Source: a virus
Reading direction: 5' to 3' (one strand)
IMG/VR virus record: IMGVR_UViG_3300048929_000691
DNA length: 64,000 nucleotides
Shown: positions 59,315-64,000 of the stretch, in pieces
How positions within the stretch are numbered: the stretch's first letter is position 1
Layout: the number at the start of each line of letters is the position of its first letter
The notes under the pieces: generated by a model
The model's database searches: none
What the model was told of the DNA's origin: nothing
What the model saw: only the letters and a program-made list of their open reading frames with translations
Translations under genes and position numbers: made by a program

Positions 59315-61153
59315 ATGCAAAATAAATATATAATTTTGAAAAGTCCTGTTAAGATTGGCGATTATGAAAGAGTGGCAAGCTATTCGGAAGGTCTTACTAA
59401 AGGTGAAGAGCAGCTTTTAGTCACAAGAGATTTAAAGTTTTTTTTAACCGATGGTAAAGGTGGATATTTAGAATTTAAATCAATAAATTCAGGTATAACT
59501 CTTGATGAAGTAAATCAAAAATTAAAGGATTTAGATAATAAGATATCTGATGAAATAAGAGATTTAGATGACAAAAGTTCTAAGGATATTAAAACCCTTA
59601 AAGATGCAGTTGATGCATTGTCTCTTAAATTTTCAGGCTATGTGACAACAGAGGATTTTGAGGATTTAAAAACCAAAGTAGAGTCGAATACGACTTTGGC
59701 CACTCATGATAATCGAGAGGTACTTGATAAATTTAGTGTTGATAAAGATGATAATCCTTTATTTAATGGGAAAAAGATTGTAGCAGATTTTGATACTTCT
59801 GGTATAGAAGCTGAAATTGCCAATTTGAATGCTAGAAGTATAATAGGAAGTAATTTAGATTATGGGTTATTTGGAATTTCTAAAGCAACAAGTATCGGTG
59901 CTGGTGACATAGTTCCATTTAATACAACATATATGAACAACGGATTAACAGTTTCAAATGGTGTTGTAAAGCTAAAAAAAGGAAGAAAATATGAAGTAAA
60001 AGCACAATCAGCTACAAATGTTTCTAATAATAATGTTTGGTTTTTTATACAAGCTAATTCTGTTAAAGTTGGGAAATCTGGTTGGTGTGGAAATGTTAAT
60101 CAAATAAGTATACCAGCAGTAGCAATAATAGACTGTAGTGTAGATACAAGTCTTATAATAACAACTTCAAATGAATATAACATAGATGATTCATGTGCTC
60201 TTTTGACATATTTAGAAATAGTAGAAATAGGAAGAATAACTGTGATAGATCCTTGCGAAGATGGTAAAAATATAAATTTTGAATATGGTTATTTTAAAGC
60301 AAACCAATCAGCAAATTTAGCACCTGGCAATCATTTAGAACTAGATATGATAAAAGGGAACATTACTATTTCCACTGGTTCAAATCAGGAAAAAGGATTA
60401 ATAACATTACATGCCAATAAAAAATATAAGCTTGATTTTTCTTATTCTAATGCTGGAAATTCTACTAATGGTATTATAGATTTTAATGTATGTGATTCTA
60501 ATGGAAATATATTAGAAGATTTACCATATGCGTATCCTACAACTTATACTGGTGATTCACAAGCTTCACCTGTCTCAACATTTATTTTAGAACCTACAAT
60601 TGATACTGTAATAAATTTTAAAATAGCTGCAAACGCCTCACATTGGGTAGGTGCTTACCTTGTTATAGAAGAGATCGCACAACCTTATTACTTTAATTAT
60701 TACAAAGATAGTCTACAAACAACTACTTTATTCAATGGAGCTGCTGACACTAAATCAATAGATTATACTTTAAGCGATAGTATACAGAATTATGAAAAAA
60801 TAATAGTATATGCAGCATGTAATATTAATGGAGTCATTAGAGAAAAAACTACTAACATAATTAATGTTTCTGAAATAGAAAATAATAATAAGTATGAATT
60901 TATAGTTGGATTTTCAATTAATGCTTCTTACTATTATTTCATTGAATTTGCATTTCCAAGCGATAGAACCTTTAATATAGCTAATAATGGATTTGTTGGA
61001 TGGCCTAATCCTATAATATACAAAATAGAAGGGATTGGCTATACTTATGAAAATCCGTACCAAGATGTTATTACAACGATCGATGAATTTACAGTTGCAG
61101 ATTCTACCATAGACTCAGACATAAATTCAGTATGGAATGAGGTGGGAATCTAA
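59315..61153 (+). CDS. Modular fibre/receptor-binding protein 1 (coiled-coil N-terminus, two C1q/BclA-C-like domains, C-terminal beta-domain)
   Basis: GDIVPFNT...NGLTVSNGVVKLKKGRKYEV resembles C1q/TNF-like jelly rolls; LFNG...YTLSDSIQNYEKI is a fibre-tip motif. Confidence 0.6.
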   Translation: MQNKYIILKSPVKIGDYERVASYSEGLTKGEEQLLVTRDLKFFLTDGKGGYLEFKSINSGITLDEVNQKLKDLDNKISDEIRDLDDKSSKDIKTLKDAVDALSLKFSGYVTTEDFEDLKTKVESNTTLATHDNREVLDKFSVDKDDNPLFNGKKIVADFDTSGIEAEIANLNARSIIGSNLDYGLFGISKATSIGAGDIVPFNTTYMNNGLTVSNGVVKLKKGRKYEVKAQSATNVSNNNVWFFIQANSVKVGKSGWCGNVNQISIPAVAIIDCSVDTSLIITTSNEYNIDDSCALLTYLEIVEIGRITVIDPCEDGKNINFEYGYFKANQSANLAPGNHLELDMIKGNITISTGSNQEKGLITLHANKKYKLDFSYSNAGNSTNGIIDFNVCDSNGNILEDLPYAYPTTYTGDSQASPVSTFILEPTIDTVINFKIAANASHWVGAYLVIEEIAQPYYFNYYKDSLQTTTLFNGAADTKSIDYTLSDSIQNYEKIIVYAACNINGVIREKTTNIINVSEIENNNKYEFIVGFSINASYYYFIEFAFPSDRTFNIANNGFVGWPNPIIYKIEGIGYTYENPYQDVITTIDEFTVADSTIDSDINSVWNEVGI

Positions 61154-62858
61154 TGGCAAAAATTAATTTTGAAGATGCTGTTATTAAAATAATAAAAAGA
61201 TATTTAGTTAGTTTTGGTAAATCCTTAGCTTCTAAATTTTACACAAAAAAGCAAGTAGATACCATGATATTACCTATTCCAGCAATTCAAACAGATATAG
61301 CTAGTTTGAAGACAAGAAGTGTTTTAGGAAGTAAATTGAAGACAGGATTATATAAACCGGCAACAAAAATCACTGGCGGTGTTACTACAGGTATAGTAAA
61401 AATGGGTACAAAAATATCTGGTGATTTTACACTTAATGCAGATGGAACAATAACTCTTCCGAAAGGTTCTTATTATAAAGTAAGAGGGGCTTTAAGATTT
61501 GCAACAAATACAACTTCAGGTTTTGCTTCCTATATGATAAGAAACTTCACAGATTCAGTGAATGCTGGAGTAGCAGCAACTATAAATAGTTATTCATATT
61601 GGGAAGGACAACAAGAAGCTATTGCATATATAGATACAACACAAAAAGATATAAACGTAGGCATATATATTACTGGCGTAAATAATGCAACAGGTGCTGA
61701 AATAACTGACGGATTTACTTTTCTTGATATACAAGAAGTCAATAGGACAACCATTATAGACCCTTGCGAAGATGGTAAGAATATAAATTTTGAATATGGT
61801 ATGTTTAAGTTATCAACAAGTCCAACAACTATGGCAGTTGGAGATTTCATTAAATTTAATACTATGCCATATGGTAATATGTCAATAAATCCAGCAACAT
61901 ACCAAGTACCTTTAAAAGCTAATAAAAAATATAGAATTAGTATAGATATTAGTGGTGTATTTCATAACACAGTTTTTGCTTTGTATAATATAACAACTGG
62001 GACTGTAATTCAGATATTATATGGAGCTGTAAATGATATTGACTATAATTATTTATCGACAGCAGAGTTTATATACGAGCCTACAGCTGAGTGTAATGTT
62101 GGTGTAAAATGCTATGCTATTTATGGTTCATTTTCTTCAATAGTTAATACAAATACACAAATGGTTATTCAAGAAATTGCACAACCATACTACTTTAATT
62201 ATTACAAGGATAGTATAGCTTCAAATGTATTGTTTAGTGGAAATGCTGCAAGTGTCGGAGATTATACTTTGAGCGATGATATAACTAAGTATAAATATCT
62301 ATTAATATCATGGCAAACAGGCAATAGTGCATCTGGAACTACAGCCATAACTCAAACTAAAACAGACATGATTCCTGTTGATACAATAGCAATAGGGGAC
62401 ACTAATAATAAAAGATTATGGTTTGATATGCTTAATGATACAACATTAAAATCAGTTTTGTTATTGTTCTTTAAAAGTTCAAAAACAATGACATATGGTT
62501 TTGGGACAGCATCAAGTCCTTGGACAAATCCTGTTGTAACTAGAATAGAAGGTATAGGCTATAGTTATGAAAATCCTTATCAAGATGTTATTACAACGGT
62601 TGACGAATTTGTACTTTCAGATTCAGCTGTAGACACAGACATAAATTCATTATGGAGTGAGGTGGGGATTTAATGGCGAAAATTAATTTTGAAGATGCTG
62701 TTATTAAAATAGTAAAAAAATATTTGGTTAGTTTTGGTAAATCATTAGCTACTAAATTTTATACAAAAAAGCAAGTGGATACTATGATAGTACCCATCCC
62801 AGCAATTCAAACAGATATAGATAATTTAAAGGTAAGAAGTGTGATTGGATCAAAATTA
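61024..62858 (+). repeat. ~315-nt direct repeats spanning gene junctions (61024-61338 and 62544-62858), period 1520 nt
   Basis: EGIGY.YENPYQDVITT.DEF...DINS.W.EVGI*MAKINFEDAVIKI...IPAIQTDI conserved at DNA level. Confidence 0.85.
61153..62673 (+). CDS. Modular fibre/receptor-binding protein 2
   Basis: Same three-domain layout and linkers as 59315; TAATG stop-start overlap. Confidence 0.65.
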   Translation: MAKINFEDAVIKIIKRYLVSFGKSLASKFYTKKQVDTMILPIPAIQTDIASLKTRSVLGSKLKTGLYKPATKITGGVTTGIVKMGTKISGDFTLNADGTITLPKGSYYKVRGALRFATNTTSGFASYMIRNFTDSVNAGVAATINSYSYWEGQQEAIAYIDTTQKDINVGIYITGVNNATGAEITDGFTFLDIQEVNRTTIIDPCEDGKNINFEYGMFKLSTSPTTMAVGDFIKFNTMPYGNMSINPATYQVPLKANKKYRISIDISGVFHNTVFALYNITTGTVIQILYGAVNDIDYNYLSTAEFIYEPTAECNVGVKCYAIYGSFSSIVNTNTQMVIQEIAQPYYFNYYKDSIASNVLFSGNAASVGDYTLSDDITKYKYLLISWQTGNSASGTTAITQTKTDMIPVDTIAIGDTNNKRLWFDMLNDTTLKSVLLLFFKSSKTMTYGFGTASSPWTNPVVTRIEGIGYSYENPYQDVITTVDEFVLSDSAVDTDINSLWSEVGI

Positions 62859-64000
62859 AGTTTTGGGTCTTTTGATATAGACACATCAAAAACAGGAGTT
62901 AATCCCACGCTAGCTGCTAATTATAAAATACCCTTTAAAATTAAAAGTGGTAATCTTATAGTGGATTCAAATGGTTATATCAAATTGGAAAAAGGAAAAA
63001 GTTATAACCTTAATTTTTTTGCAACAAGCAATGCACGATTTGACTTTCAATTTTTTAACGTTACAGATTCAGTTAGTGTTGGAAAAACAATAATAAGTGG
63101 TTCAACTATAAGTGGAAGTGGTTCTTATTCAATTGAAGTTACCAAAGATATCTATATTACAGTTATGGTAAGTTATAGGGAAGGAACTATGTTATTTACA
63201 GATTATTGTGAACTTACAATACAAGAGATTGGAAGAAATACAATAATAGATCCTTGTGAAGATGGTAAGAATATAAAATTTGAACATGGATTATTCATAA
63301 ATGTTAATGACCAATCTATAGTTCAAAATACTGTGTTAAAATTAACAAATCAATTAAGTGGAAATATGAGTTTATCAGCAAATGGGTATGTTAATCTAAA
63401 AGCTGGTAAATCTTATAAGCTAAAGGCATCAGCTGGTGATGATAAAACGTATATTGATTATATGATTTATGATGTTACAAATAAAAAGACCATAGGGGTT
63501 TGTGCTTCAAATGCAGCAACAATAGTATCTCAACCAATAGCCATAGCCGAATATATTCCACCAACAGATTGTGAGATAAGTGTAATAATAAGATACCTTG
63601 ATTCCACAGGAACAGGTAAAATTAGTGCATGGAGATCATATTTGGAGATTGAAGAAATAGCACAACCTTATTACTTTAATTACTTTAAAGATAGTATCAA
63701 ATCAACTACATTATTTGACGGATCTGCTCCATCAGTAGGAAGTTATACATTACTAGATGATATAACAAAATATGAATATTTGAAGATATGGTCTTGTAGA
63801 GTAGAAGGAACAGTAAAAAGAGATAAAAGCAGTATTGAAGTAAAAGTATCAGACATAACAGGTGCTACATGTGAATTTATAATAAGTTCATATGCTCTTG
63901 CTAATGTTTTTGACAGTATGGAATTTAGTTTTGCTAGTAATAAATTAAGGATAGACGCAATGTATAATGGAGGTTGGCCTTCTTTTATTATATATAAAAT
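62673..64000 (+). CDS. Modular fibre/receptor-binding protein 3, 3' truncated by window edge
   Basis: Not in the ORF track (no stop in window). ATG 62673 gives MAKINFEDAVIKIVKKYLVSFGK..., with linkers IIDPCEDGKNIKFEHG and EEIAQPYYFNYFKDS; frame appears open to 64000. Confidence 0.7.
   Translation, partial: MAKINFEDAVIKIVKKYLVSFGKSLATKFYTKKQVDTMIVPIPAIQTDIDNLKVRSVIGSKLSFGSFDIDTSKTGVNPTLAANYKIPFKIKSGNLIVDSNGYIKLEKGKSYNLNFFATSNARFDFQFFNVTDSVSVGKTIISGSTISGSGSYSIEVTKDIYITVMVSYREGTMLFTDYCELTIQEIGRNTIIDPCEDGKNIKFEHGLFINVNDQSIVQNTVLKLTNQLSGNMSLSANGYVNLKAGKSYKLKASAGDDKTYIDYMIYDVTNKKTIGVCASNAATIVSQPIAIAEYIPPTDCEISVIIRYLDSTGTGKISAWRSYLEIEEIAQPYYFNYFKDSIKSTTLFDGSAPSVGSYTLLDDITKYEYLKIWSCRVEGTVKRDKSSIEVKVSDITGATCEFIISSYALANVFDSMEFSFASNKLRIDAMYNGGWPSFIIYK

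Noticed and set aside
501-61850. Short minus-strand and alternate-frame ORFs in the track (e.g. 501-833, 14756-15208, 32515-32916, 56768-57037, 58236-58514)
   Set aside because: They lie wholly within long, motif-bearing + strand genes and show shadow-type composition with no RBS or recognisable motifs. 51030-51311 and 51374-52231 are kept only as fragments of one pseudogene.
60245-63695. CRISPR array suggested by recurring ~45-nt boxes
   Set aside because: The boxes are in-frame coding linkers spaced 400-1500 nt apart, not repeats with 30-40-nt spacers.
49581-64000. Shufflon / invertase-driven tail-fibre switching
   Set aside because: All cassettes are in direct orientation on the + strand, with no inverted partial genes, no inverted crossover sites and no recombinase visible.

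Overview
AT-rich (roughly 28-30% GC by eye), gene-dense window with every credible gene on the + strand. It reads as the virion-morphogenesis (tail/baseplate/fibre) region of a large contractile-tailed phage or phage-like element, most plausibly of a clostridial/Firmicutes host. No capsid, portal, terminase, integrase, tRNA, rRNA or CRISPR array is visible, and the window starts and ends inside genes. Gene order: Ig-repeat protein and uncharacterised structural genes (1-10 kb); two tail-sheath paralogues, a tail tube and further tube-fold proteins fused to peptidoglycan-binding/SH3 modules (10-19 kb); two tail-chaperone-like genes, a 1861-aa tape-measure candidate and a 1879-aa hub with NlpC/P60 and SLT domains (19-32 kb); spike, gp25-like, baseplate J-like and large wedge proteins (32-46 kb); a tail fibre; then a 16-kb accessory receptor-binding region. 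That last region is the most notable part. Six ALK/LTK-type glycine-rich proteins alternate strictly between two subtypes (A-B, A-B, A-B). One B copy is broken by a (TA)n slippage and an in-frame TGA, a truncated B relic sits in the second pair, and a 15-codon chimeric junction records a microhomology-mediated tandem duplication. After these come at least three tandem fibre genes built from variable domains separated by conserved ~45-bp boxes. All family assignments come from motif recognition by eye, not database searches.
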